This document shows positions 10,819-22,329 of a DNA stretch of 34,944 bases, one piece after another. The DNA is taken from positions 3,973,622 through 4,008,565 of the forward strand of contig NC_068997.1 of NCBI RefSeq assembly GCF_001194135.2, in the 5' to 3' direction. The notes beneath the pieces were generated by a model that saw only the letters and a program-made list of their open reading frames with translations, had not been told where the DNA came from and searched no databases. How positions within the stretch are numbered: position 1 is the first letter of the stretch; every line of letters begins with the position of its first letter. The position numbers and the translations under genes are program-made. The stretch comes from Octopus bimaculoides. Taxonomy: Eukaryota.

Positions 10819-11425
10819 GCTAGCTCCTATATAGAAATATTCTCTCTTTTCTGAGGTAATCTTACATCTGTATACGATAATTTTATGTTTACAATCAGAG
10901 CCTAGCGGATAGACACTATACCTTGTACAATTGTAACTGATAGTTCTAGTGCTTCCATCACTATCTTCCACTTTACCTACTCTAGATATGATTTTTATAT
11001 TCTCTTGTCTATCTTCTCTCCCTCTAGGATTCATATTCACTACTTCTAGGCCAACTGTGGAGCTCGCTCGGTTCTCTTCAACTCCATTGGCAAACCATAT
11101 TTCCTCTCCTGATACCCAGCTGTCTCACCCACGGTTTGTCCGCCCATGTTGACATTGCTGCTATTTATTGATCTATACTTATAATTCTGCTTACTTTTAT
11201 TGCTTCTATTCTTATGGTAACTTTAAAATTTACTATCGTTGTGTGCATCTACAGCTTGTGCTAGGTTTTTGCTATTACAGGAAGCTAATCGAACCAGTTT
11301 TTATGAAAAATTCTATAGGATTTACTGTCTTTGGGAAAATGTTTAGTAAATAAGAAATAAAACAATTTCGCTTTATTGAAAATTATTTTTTTTCGAAGGG
11401 AATTACATACCATTCAATATATCTA
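10819..11425 (-). pseudogene. Penelope-like element remnant: RT C-terminal linker and N-terminal half of the GIY-YIG endonuclease
   Basis: Minus-strand pieces RYIEWYVIPF, LFTKHFPKDSKSYRIFS*KLVRLASCNSKNLAQAVDAHNDSK and SYNCTRYSVYPLGSDCKHKIIVYRCKITSEKREYFYIGAS match the PLE pattern R.I.W..PP / HFP..KIF...K.SYS..N...I..HN / CNC..CPL.G.C...VY.C......YIG. Confidence 0.8.
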
Positions 11426-11951
11426 AAGGTATCCATATTACTAAGGTATTATTATTATTTCTACCTAAGCTTTTTGTAATAGGGCGTAATCTCATTATCT
11501 GGTTCATATTACGGCATTGGGTTTCTTTACTATTATATTTGATGACATATTTGTCACTTGTTTGTATATTTTATATATGTATATACACACACAAACAAAA
11601 AGCACACACAGACACACACATATGTCCGAAAGACCATACGTTTTAGCTTGTCGTTTGCGTGTCCAATTCGTGATTGTTGCTGAGTAGCTTTTTTTGCACA
11701 ACGTTTATCAAATATATTTATGGGCGTTGGACTTAAAATCAGCACCCAGCTATTGAATGTAAAATTACCCTATATTGACTCAAGTGTATCTAATCATTTT
11801 GCCACCTCGCAGCACATCATACAATAGATCTAGGCCGATGAGAAGAATAGTAAGTTGTATTCATTGTAGTGATACATGCATATATATATATATATATATA
11901 CCTATCTCTATCTCTCTCTTTCTCATCCTCTCTCTCTCACCCTATCTCTCT

Positions 11952-12035
<84 letters not shown>

Positions 12036-12094
12036 ATTCTTCACGTGTGCAAACATGTGTTTGCTTTTTCTCTCCTATGTTTCGCTCAATTTCC

Positions 12095-12300
12095 TAGGCA
12101 TGCTGGAAGAATCGTTAGCGCGTCAGAGAAAATACTCAGTGCCATTTCTTCTGGCCTTTGACGTGGTGAGTTCAAATACCGCCAAGGTACACATTTACCT
12201 TTACCCTTCCGGTGTCAATAAAATATGTACTAGTTGAGAATTGAGGTCAGTATAATCGACTTCTCCTCTCCCCCAAATCACTGGCCGTGTACCAAATATG
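12095..12300 (+). mobile_element. tRNA-derived SINE, family C
   Basis: gctggaagaatcgttagcgcgtcagagaaaatactcag..gagttcaaataccgccaaggt..ccttccggtgtcaataaaat; same family as the neighbouring copies. Confidence 0.75.
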
Positions 12301-12319
12301 TAAAGAATTATTATTAGCG

Positions 12320-12830
12320 TGAAGGCGATGAGGTTACAGAGTCTTGAGTTGTTGTTGGCACTCCGTCGCTTACGACGTCGTGGTTTCCAGTTGATCCGAT
12401 CAACGGAACAGCCTGCTCGTGAAATTAACGTGCAAGTGGCTGAGCACTCCACAGACACGTGTACCCTTAACGTAGTTCTCGGGGATATTGAGCGTGACAC
12501 AGTGTGATAAGGCTAGCCCTTTGAATTACAGGCACAAGAGAAACAGGAAGTAAGAGTGAGAGAAAGTTGTGGTGAAAGAGTACAGCAGGGTTTGCCACCA
12601 TCTCCTGCCGGAGCCTCGTAGAGCTTTAGGTGTTTTCGCTCAATAAACACTCACAACGCCCGGTCTGGGAATCGAAACCGTGATCCTATGACCGCGAGTC
12701 CGCTGCCCTAACCACTGGGCCATTGCGCCTCCAATCAGAGTCTTGAGTAGTGTCAGAGAAAATGCTCAGCCGCATTTCTTTCCAGGTCTACACGTTCTAT
12801 GTTCAAATACGGCTGAGGTGAAATTTAGGG
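12320..12830 (+). mobile_element. Family C SINE interrupted by a family B SINE
   Basis: The head tgaaggcgatgaggttacagagtcttgagt (12320-12349) resumes after the insert as agtgtcagagaaaatgctcagccgcatttc..gttcaaatacggctgaggt. Confidence 0.65.
12350..12733 (-). mobile_element. Full-length tRNA-derived SINE, family B, with 13 bp TSD
   Basis: Head tggaggcgcaatggcccagtggttagggcagcgg (A box) ..ggtttcgattccc (B box); tail gagtgccaacaacaac. The TSD cagagtcttgagt is at 12337-12349 and 12736-12748. It is near-identical to 24604-24990. Confidence 0.95.
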
Positions 12831-12834
12831 TGGA

Positions 12835-13491
12835 GGTAAATCTATTACATTGGCCTCAGTGCTAAACTGGTACTTCATTTATCAGCCCTGAATAGCTGAA
12901 AGGCAAGGTTGACCTCGGTGGTATTTTCAAGTCAGAACGGAAAGAACGGGAAGAAATACTGCTAAGCATTTCTTTACACACGCTAATGATTATGATGATC
13001 CTTTCTACTGAAGGCACAAGGTCGGAAATTTGGGGTGGGGGAGGGGACTAGTCAATTACATCGACCTCAGTGTCTCACTGGTACTTAGTATGTCGACCCG
13101 GAAAGGAGGAAAAGTAAAGTTGGCCACGGCGGAATTTGAACTCCGAACGTAGCGACGGACGAAATACCTCTACAAATTTCGTCCAGCATGCTAACGATTT
13201 CGCCAGCTTGCCGTCTCTACAATAATAATAGTCATTTCTACAATAGACACAGGGCCAGAAACTTCGAGGGAAGGCTGTAAGTCGATTACATTGACCCAAG
13301 TACTCAACTGGTAATTTATCGACACCAACGCTCAAATGGTACTTATTTTATCGACTCCAAAGAATAAAATCGAAGTCAACCTTGGTGGGATTTGAACTCA
13401 GAACGTAAAGATGCTAACGAAATGCGGCTAAGCACTTCTTTCAACTCGCGATGCTACAAGCTCGCATCCTTAATACTACTATTACAATAAC

Positions 13492-13543
<52 letters not shown>

Positions 13544-13790
13544 TAGCTGGACCCATGACAAATTCATGGAAAGCATAAAAATGTAAGCATCTGTAAGCAG
13601 TGTACTGGTGCCATGAGAAATGTTTGTATATTATGACCGTCTGTCTTTACGTTCTGAGTTCAAATTCTACCGAAGTCGACTTTGCCTTTCGTCTTTTAGG
13701 GCTCAATCAATTAAGGACCAGTTGTGTACTGGTGTCGATCTAATCAACCGGCCCGTCTCCCCACACAAATTTCAGTCCAAGAAAAGTATA
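12835..13790. mobile_element. Cluster of four family C SINE copies (about 12835-12990 -, 13000-13215 -, 13240-13470 -, 13610-13790 +)
   Basis: Each copy carries the gagttcaaattc.gcc..ggtcgactttgcc..tcgat core in the stated orientation. Confidence 0.75.
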
Positions 13791-13954
13791 CTGTGACAGT
13801 TACAGAATATAGTAAGTAATGTAACACCAATGACTATATAATCCATCCAAAATATCTCAGTTACACAAACGTAAACGGAATTACTATTTAACCTTAAAAT
13901 ACATCGTACATATTCAAAGAACCTTCTTCGTTTAGGGGTACGGAACGTTTTTCT

Positions 13955-14165
13955 GCTATCCTTTTATTTGTTTCAGTCATTTGACGGTGGCCATGCTAGT
14001 GCACCGCCCTTTAGTCGAAGAAATTGACCCCTGGACTTATTCCCTGTAAGCCAGGTGCTTATTCTATCAGTGTCTTCTGCTGAACAGCTAAATTACAGAG
14101 ACGCAAACACACCAACATCGGTGTGAAGAAATGCTAGTGGTGGGACACACACACACACACATACA
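13955..14165 (-). mobile_element. Family A SINE, 3' half
   Basis: tttgtttcagtcatttgacggtggccatgctagtgcaccgccctttagtcgaag..cttattc..ccaggtgcttattctatc matches 10190-10293. Confidence 0.8.
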
Positions 14166-14244
14166 TACTCTCTTTCTCTCTTACTTCCTCTCTGTAACAT
14201 TTAAAAAACACAAAACGAACGCTATCACCGCTCACTGTCTCTTT

Positions 14245-14317
<73 letters not shown>

Positions 14318-14440
14318 TCTTACCTCCTCTCTCTCGCTTTGTCAGTTTGAAGTGTGACACACAACACAGGTACGTGCAAAAACAAATATTAATATTATTG
14401 ATAATGATAATAACTACAACAACTAGCTAATTGCCGTGAG

Positions 14441-14593
14441 TGGAGGCGCAATGGCCCAGTGGTTAGGTCAGTGGACTCCTGGACATAGGATCGCGGTTTC
14501 GAATCCCAGACCGGGCGTTCTAAGTGTTTACTGAGCGAAAACACCCGACCCTGGAACCCTCGACGTCGGAAGTGACGTAGTGCCAACAACAAC
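14441..14593 (+). mobile_element. Internally deleted family B SINE (tRNA head fused to 3' tail)
   Basis: The head up to gaaaacacc joins directly to cgaccctggaaccctcgacgtc..gtgccaacaacaac. There is a degenerate TSD, aattgccgtgag / aattaccgagaa. Confidence 0.88.
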
Positions 14594-14935
14594 AATTACC
14601 GAGAAGAATTTTGAATTTAAATATATTGTAATAACTTTTTACTTAATATTTTAATGCTAGTATAGGCATCTTCATTCGAATTGGTGCCATACATTAACTA
14701 GGAGCGTGTGTGTGTGCGTGCGTGTGCGTGTGTGTAACTGCGTGTGTGTATTGTGTTTGGTGTGAGTATGTGAATGAGATTGTTAATAATGCGCATATGA
14801 ATATAGTTTTTATTAAATGCGTGTGTGGTGGGAATGTGTACGTGCGTCTTTCAATTTTCTGTTTCTATGTGTGTCTATGTGCTTTCGTGGGTGCGTGTAT
14901 GTCTGTGTCTACATGCGCCTATATATATACGTGTT

Positions 14936-14967
<32 letters not shown>

Positions 14968-14975
14968 CATACATA

Positions 14976-15804
14976 TGAAGGATGCGGTAAATAAACTGTC
15001 GACTAAACTACTCAAAAATGAAAATAACACTGACATCTCAATTTAACAGATACATTTACCAAGATTACATGAAAATATATTGGAAAGAGTAAATGACATT
15101 GGCTTCAACTAAGGCCTGCAGACGACTTCAGAATCTCCTACAACTCTACTGGATAGTTTCCTTGTTTAATTTGGTGAATGCAGCCATAATCCCTGCCTTC
15201 AGTTTTCTTGGTCTCTCGTTCATTTGTGCTCTGCACATGATAATCAAAGGGGTTGCAGTCTGAGGAGTTAGGTGGCCAGATGTTAGGGATGATGTGCTTG
15301 CAGAAATTGTCTAACAGCCATGACTGGTTTCTCCTGCTTGTGTGGCACGGCGCAAAGTCCTATTGCCAGATATAGGTTCTTCCAGCAGCCACCCTCTTGA
15401 CCCAAGGCAGCACTCACTCCTCCAGGCACCTGATGTAGGCCTCTGTGTTGAGTTTGACGCCGTGTAATAAGAAGAATGGAGGCATAACGTCGTCATCACT
15501 AGCGATCACTCCAAACACCATGATGCTGACTGGATATTCGATTTTTATCACTGCCGGTACATTTCCTGAGATTGATGCACAAACACTCTGAATTGTTCGT
15601 ATTCGAGCTTCCGGCGCGAATGCCAAGCAGTACAGCATGTCGTTTCTAAATTTCTGACAGAGTAAATTGAGTCATGGTTTTTTTCTCAAAGAGGGTACCC
15701 AAATGCATCCTACTATACTGTGTAGTCGGCAAAATCAAAAACAAAAACTGCTCATGTGCGAAATAAAAAATATAAAATGGTGACAATTTACTTATAGCAC
15801 GCTG
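14976..15804 (-). mobile_element. maT (DD37D) Tc1/mariner transposon, internally deleted, copy 1
   Basis: TIR-like ends TA-tgaaggatgcggtaaataaactgtc and gacaatttacttatagcacgctg-TA. The transposase piece WQ*D-FAPCHTSRRNQSWLLDNFCKHIIPNIWPPNSSDCNPF-DY has 37 residues between the second and third catalytic Asp. Confidence 0.9.
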
Positions 15805-15838
<34 letters not shown>

Positions 15839-16441
15839 AATACCCATTTGTGAGCGTATGTATATGTCCTGTATATATATAACTATATACATACATATAT
15901 ATATATATATATATANNNNNNNNNNNNNNNNNNNNNNNNNNNNNNNNNNNNNNNNNNNNNNNNNNNNNNNNNNNNNNNNNNNNNNNNNNNNNNNNNNNNN
16001 NNNNNNNNNNNNNNNNNNNNNNNNNNNNNNNNNNNNNNNNNNNNNNNNNNNNNNNNNNNNNNNNNNNNNNNNNNNNNNNNNNNNNNNNNNNNNNNNNNNN
16101 NNNNNNNNNNNNNNNNNNNNNNNNNNNNNNNNNNNNNNNNNNNNNNNNNNNNNNNNNNNNNNNNNNNNNNNNNNNNNNNNNNNNNNNNNNNNNNNNNNNN
16201 NNNNNNNNNNNNNNNNNNNNNNNNNNNNNNNNNNNNNNNNNNNNNNNNNNNNNNNNNNNNNNNNNNNNNNNNNNNNNNNNNNNNNNNNNNNNNNNNNNNN
16301 NNNNNNNNNNNNNNNNNNNNNNNNNNNNNNNNNNNNNNNNNNNNNNNNNNNNNNNNNNNNNNNNNNNNNNNNNNNNNNNNNNNNNNNNNNNNNNNNNNNN
16401 NNNNNNNNNNNNNNNNNNNNNNNNNNNNNNNNNNNNNNNNN

Positions 16442-16472
<31 letters not shown>

Positions 16473-16638
16473 TATACATATATATGTATATATATATATG
16501 TGTGTATATATGTTGTGTAGTTATCAGTTAGAGGGGTTTAATACTTCTAAGGGATAATTAAATCCAAAGTCTCTCCTGGTTATTACCTGGGTAGGTACAG
16601 TCAATTAGCCGCACACTGACAAAAGGAAACAAATAACA

Positions 16639-17829
16639 ATGGAAGCTTCTTTAAAAGATATACCCATCCCACCCAAAAATGTGTATCTTAAAGAAGTCAT
16701 CAGTAAAATAACTGACTTCACCCACCGCTTACGCTGGAAAGCCTTACCTCATGACAGGGAATCTAAACCCGAGTCACAAAACCATCACAACAAAAACGAA
16801 TTCACCAAAGGAGCATTCAAAACTAGGAAAACACCCCCACCAAGCAGCCACCTGGACGCTTTTGAAAATGAACTCTAGGATACAATAAAGAGTCTAAAAT
16901 TCAAGCGACATCCACTAAGGAATAACGTCTACCAAAAGAACCTAAAAGACCTATTATATAAGCTCAAATCAAAGAACGGAATTATTGTTCAGTCGGACAA
17001 AACTAGAAATTCTTACACCCTGGATGTCAACTTATACCACCAACTGCTACATAAGGAAATCACTAAAAGATATAAATCAGCACCAGATAGCACCTTAAGA
17101 TGTATGAACTTAGCCGCCAAGGAAATTGTGAATGACTACAACTTACCGGACAAAACTGAACCCTTCATGCCATGCAGACCTCGCATCACTATAAAAGATC
17201 ATAAACCTAGCTTCCTAACCGATACTAACGTAAGGTTAATATGCCCCCAAGAATCAGACTTATGTAACTAAAGCAAACTAATACTCGATGAATACATCAC
17301 TAAGATAAAAAGTAAGGTAACCCTAGAATTATGTTCCAACACATATGAAGCCATTAATTGATTCTCTATCTTACAGAACAAGAGCAACTACAAATTCATA
17401 CAGATAGACATGGTAGACTACTACTTCTCAATTAACCCAACGATCCTAAATAGTGCCCTAATGTATGCCAAAAATCACACACAATTGAACACGAAGAAAA
17501 TAAATGTAATATTAGAAGCGAGGAAATTACTTATTAGCTTTGATAATAAACTCCGGTTACGTAAAGATACTCCTGACTTTTTTAATATCACCATCGGAGC
17601 CCCAGATTCAGCCCGGATGACTGACCTGGTAAGCATCAATTTGCTATGAAACATACAGGACGAATTCCCAGAACTCAAAGGCGGATACTACAGGGATGAC
17701 GCCCTCTTAATAATTAAGAAACCCTCAAGTAGGAAAATAGAGCTTATCAAGAAAAAACTATTTGGACTATCTTTCTCTATTGAAAAAAAAAACACCTCTA
17801 TTAACTACTCAGACACAACGTGCAACCTA
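16639..17829 (+). pseudogene. Penelope-like element reverse transcriptase (frameshift-free, four premature stops)
   Basis: A single frame reads MEASLKDIPIPP..RLRWKA..QSDKTRNSY..PRITIKDHKP..NVRLICP..FIQIDMVDYYFSI..GAPDSARMTDLV..GGYYRDDAL (YRDD at 17689-17700)..NYSDTTCNL. Stops are at 16876 (TAG), 17269 (TAA), 17359 (TGA) and 17647 (TGA). Confidence 0.9.
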
Positions 17830-17835
17830 GCCAAC

Positions 17836-18520
17836 CTAGTTGCGTTAGTGGGGAGGAGGCTTTGACCTATTAGTTGGTTGGTTATTATTTTTATTGTTCA
17901 CAATCTTTCTAATTTCTTAGAATTTGTCAAGTTTTTTATTATTATTCATTGAGGCTATTATTGTGGCTAAGTTATTATTCAAACTGTGGCCTATTCTGTT
18001 TATTTTTTGTGTTGTTTTTCCTAGTATAGAAGTTTCCCTCCTTGTTTGTGATTCGTGTGAAGTTGTAGTTGTATGTATCTTAGTTATATCCATAGTTAGG
18101 TTTCACTATCGTGTTACTCTTGTCTGGCCTATTGGTGTTATTATCGTAGGGTTCATGTGGGTTCGAGGGCCTAGTTTTTTGCTATTAATAGGCTTCATAT
18201 TAGTTCATTGAGTGCCTTTCGTTTTATTGATACCCCTCTATAGGTTTATACTATTATTTCTGTGGCTGATGTTATTTGGGGGATTGTTTGCGTACTTCGT
18301 ATTATTAGTTATGTTTATATCGTTAATCTCATTTAATATCACTTTGTCGGTATTAATGTTGCAGTTATTTTTGTTGTTGTTGGTGGTTTGTATGAGGGCC
18401 TTGGCGTTGTTCATATTGGTGTTGATTCAATAGGAGTTACCCGCAGTTTTCTTATTGTTGGTGTAGTTTGTGGTGGTGCATGATGTGTGGTTGGTGTTAG
18501 TGGTATTAGTGAGTCGGTTC
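17836..18520 (-). mobile_element. Inverted Asn/Thr-rich segment, probably the RT-to-GIY-YIG linker of the same PLE
   Basis: The minus strand is A/C-rich like the PLE coding strand. It contains HSLNNNLATIIASMNNNKKLDKF, resembling the PLE SYS..N...II..HN.K.L motif. Confidence 0.55.
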
Positions 18521-18594
18521 CTGCTATTTGGGCTACTTATATTTACTTATATCTGGGCTACTTATATTTACTTATATTTACTTATATTTACAAA

Positions 18595-18917
18595 ACATTG
18601 ACGAACATGAGTTATATTTTACAGAAAGATTGTGTACTTGCACGTGTATGCGTTTGGAAGTTAAGAGGATTTTAAGTGTAATTTCCGAAAATTGTCCCCC
18701 CACCCCCTGCCAAAACACTCTCACCGAAAATTTTAGTATATCCGGAATCTACATAATAAATAATATATGCATAGAAAATTTCATTAAAAAATATTCATTT
18801 TTCTGAAAGTCATGACCTTCCAAAGTTGGTGGGTACAACTCTGTAGTTATGCCACATTGATGAACATGAGTTATATTTTTGTGAATGATTGTGTTTACTT
18901 GCACGTGTATGCGTTTG
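18595..18917. repeat. ~62 bp direct repeat pair (18595-18656 and 18854-18917)
   Basis: acattga[c/t]gaacatgagttatatttt...gattgtgt(tt)acttgcacgtgtatgcgtttg occurs twice, 259 bp apart. Confidence 0.85.
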
Positions 18918-19837
18918 AGAGAGCGAGAGAGGAAGAGGGGGAGAAATGAATAGAGAACGAGAGCAATGTGTATGTCGTTGTCACAGATCAAGTATGTGTG
19001 GCTGTGTGTGTCTTTACGTATCTATGTTATGAAAGATAGGTTAAGAATACTGAGATGAAAGTTTAATCTATAACTATGTACGTATCACTTTCTCTCTCTC
19101 TCCCTCTCCCTCTTTTACTCTTACTCTCTATATTTTTTATGTTGAGCGTGTGTGTAAGAACGGCATCCCAGGTAAGAGGGAAGAAATATAAAAGTTGCTA
19201 GGAACAACAGCCAAATCTCCCTTAAATCACACAAAGTAAACGGAATTTTTAAAAATCTAATTACTGCACTGGAAAGTTCACATCGAGAAAATTCCATTGA
19301 TGTAAAAAATTTTACGAAAAAGTGGAAAATGTGCATTTCTATAAACTTTTAAAAAGCTTCACACCGACACACAACTTCACGCTTATCATATATGATATAT
19401 ATATATATATANNNNNNNNNNNNNNNNNNNNNNNNNNNNNNNNNNNNNNNNNNNNNNNNNNNNNNNNNNNNNNNNNNNNNNNNNNNNNNNNNNNNNNNNN
19501 NNNNNNNNNNNNNNNNNNNNNNNNNNNNNNNNNNNNNNNNNNNNNNNNNNNNNNNNNNNNNNNNNNNNNNNNNNNNNNNNNNNNNNNNNNNNNNNNNNNN
19601 NNNNNNNNNNNNNNNNNNNNNNNNNNNNNNNNNNNNNNNNNNNNNNNNNNNNNNNNNNNNNNNNNNNNNNNNNNNNNNNNNNNNNNNNNNNNNNNNNNNN
19701 NNNNNNNNNNNNNNNNNNNNNNNNNNNNNNNNNNNNNNNNNNNNNNNNNNNNNNNNNNNNNNNNNNNNNNNNNNNNNNNNNNNNNNNNNNNNNNNNNNNN
19801 NNAGAGAGAGAGAGGGAGAGAGAGAGAGAGAGAGAGA

Positions 19838-21060
19838 AAGGGCGGTGAATAAATTGTCGTCTAAATTATGCAAAAATCAAAATAACAGTGACATCTCATT
19901 TTAAAAGATATATTTACCAAATTTACATAAAGATATCTTAAAATACTAAACAGTAAGTTTATTCAATAAAATTACATTGGATTCAACCACAGCCTTCAGA
20001 CGACTTCGGAATCTCCTGCAACTCTTCTGGGTGGTCTCCTTATTTAAGTTGGTGAATGCTATCATAACCCTTGCCTTCAGTTCATCTTTGGTGTTACAAG
20101 GAGTTTTGTTGTTCTCTCGCTCAACTTCAACCCACACATAATAATCAAGGGAGTTGCAGTCTGAGGAGTTAGATGGCCAGAAGTTAGGGATAATGTGGTG
20201 GCAGCCATCACTGGGTTCTCCTGCTTATGTGGCACAGTGCAGAGGCTTGTTGCCAAACATAGGTTCTTCCAGCAGCCACCCTCTTCACCCAAGGCAGCAC
20301 TACCTCCTTCAGTTACCTGATGTAGGCCTCCGTGTTGAATCTGAGGCCGAGTCAAAAGATGGATGGAGGCATAACGTCTCTATCACTAGTAATCACTCCA
20401 AACACAATAATAATGACTGGATGTCTGATTTTTATCATTCTTGGTATATGCTTTTGGGGACACAGCAAGCCAACGGCTGTTCCGTGTGTTCACCATCTGA
20501 TCCTAGTAGAAATTTTTCTCGTCTGAGAAAAACCAAAGCATGTTCAGTTGTAGGGGATGCTCGAGTTTGTTCAAAAGCTTCGTGGCGCAGTATTTTCTGT
20601 TGTGTTTAATGGCTTCGGATGAAAACTTGGCCCTTTTTCAACTTGTATGAAGAATACTGAATGTCTTCAAGGAACTCAAACACTCCCATGTCCCTGGCGA
20701 TGAACCTGATTGACTTGGAGTGATCGTTGTCAATCATGGCCTGGATCTTACCTACAAATTCAGGAGTTTCTTTTCTTACCAACATGATCAGAGTGAGTTT
20801 TCTGAGCTGCCGTACCTTCGTAATCACCATTAAACTCATCCAACTCTTTCTGAATTCTCTGCACTATCTTCAGATTGACATCCAAACACTCTGAAATGTT
20901 CGTATTGGAGCTTCTGGCAGAGAGAATTGCGTCATGGTACTGTTTATCTCTCAGACGGCACCCAACTGACCCTACTATACTTAGATGACAAGATCAAAAA
21001 TAGACAATGCGCATGCGAAAAATTAGAAGTATAAAATGACAATTTACCCATCGCACCCTG
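19838..21060 (-). mobile_element. maT (DD37D) Tc1/mariner transposon, near full length, disrupted transposase, copy 2
   Basis: Ends are aagggcggtgaataaattgtc and gacaatttacccatcgcaccctg-TA. Minus-strand motifs include WFFSDEK, VFGVITSD, TYVWQQ, WPSNSSDCNSLDYYVW and ERENNKTPCNTKDELKARV..FRSRLKAVVESN. It is homologous to 14976-15804. Confidence 0.92.
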
Positions 21061-21176
21061 TACACACACGCCCGCGCACACACACACACACACACATATA
21101 CTGATTACCTGATAAAAATCATTAACGTAATTTTGATCCTTATATTCTATTATGAATTAATATGTATATGTGTATG

Positions 21177-21228
<52 letters not shown>

Positions 21229-22329
21229 GAGAGAGAGAGAGAGGGAGGGAGAGGGAGAACAATATATTTATGTTTGAGTCTTTATCACAACATGAGGAGG
21301 TAAGTCAGTATCTGTGCCCCTATTTGGGAATCTCTGAGTCTTGTGAGAAGGAGGGAATAAAATTATCATCAATTCAATGGATTGCTGTTATATGGTTAAT
21401 TGCTGATCATCCAGGGAAAAGAACCCACACCTTCAGGAATGACCTTACATGTGTAGATATGTGTTCAGTTGTCCTCATGGCCACACTATCGAATCGGACC
21501 GTCTCTAGCTTACTTGAGAGTATATTAACGGACATTTCATTACTAATATGAGGTACATTCAAAATGTATTTGACTTTATTTTTCCCGCCAAAACTAATGC
21601 CGCGTGGGAAAATCCTTTGGGTGGCATCACCTCCTACCCACAGGATTTTGCCCACCCAGTCTTAATTTGTTGGGAAATGATTAAGTCGGTTACTTTTTGG
21701 ACGTATCTCGTGTTTCTAACTATCAGGATGCTGATGCGGCAGAATTCTTAAGTTTCAGACAAAATACCTGACTGTATTTCTTGTAAATCTTTACTTTCTG
21801 AGAGCAAGTTTCCCTGAGATTAGCTTTACCTTTTATCTTTTCGATAATATAAAGTTGCAGTAAGTTCTAGGGTCGATGGTACCGACTAATCCTTCCACTC
21901 AAAATTACTGGCTATTATTTTTAGCTCTTATAGTGTCCACATACCAGTATTGACTTATTGACTTCAGTGCCCTTCGTGGAAACCAATTTTATCCCACTTC
22001 TCTCATGATACAATCAATTTCAGAGATACAACATTGTCCCAACCACCTTAATATCATTATCTTCTTTGACAAACTTAAAGCTTTAAACTGAGCTGTCTCT
22101 GATACATTTACGATATTGAAAACATGAACCATATATTTCAAACGTGAATTCATTACTTATTCAGATTATCTACAATATCTAAAATTGATCTCATTTACTT
22201 CTTCATCTCCAATAATCGTCTACAAATTTATTATCCGCTTAATAGACTTCCTTTATATGGAACTCTGTATTAGAATTGTAAAGTTTCGTAAGCATAAACA
22301 TAAGTAGAAGGAAAATGTCCTTTTTGATA

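Noticed and set aside
12660-12733. tRNA-like sequences at the SINE heads as tRNA genes
   Set aside because: They lack a proper acceptor stem and cloverleaf and continue into SINE bodies flanked by TSDs.
17359-17649. In-frame TGA codons in the PLE RT as possible selenocysteine (reported for some Naiad PLEs)
   Set aside because: The same frame also has TAG and TAA stops, the first TGA sits where Trp (TGG) is expected, and I saw no SECIS. Decay is the simpler explanation.
21549-21600. Short mariner/Tc1 TIR-like starts (also about 10693 and 27461)
   Set aside because: No matching opposite TIR or transposase was found nearby, and they are too short to call.
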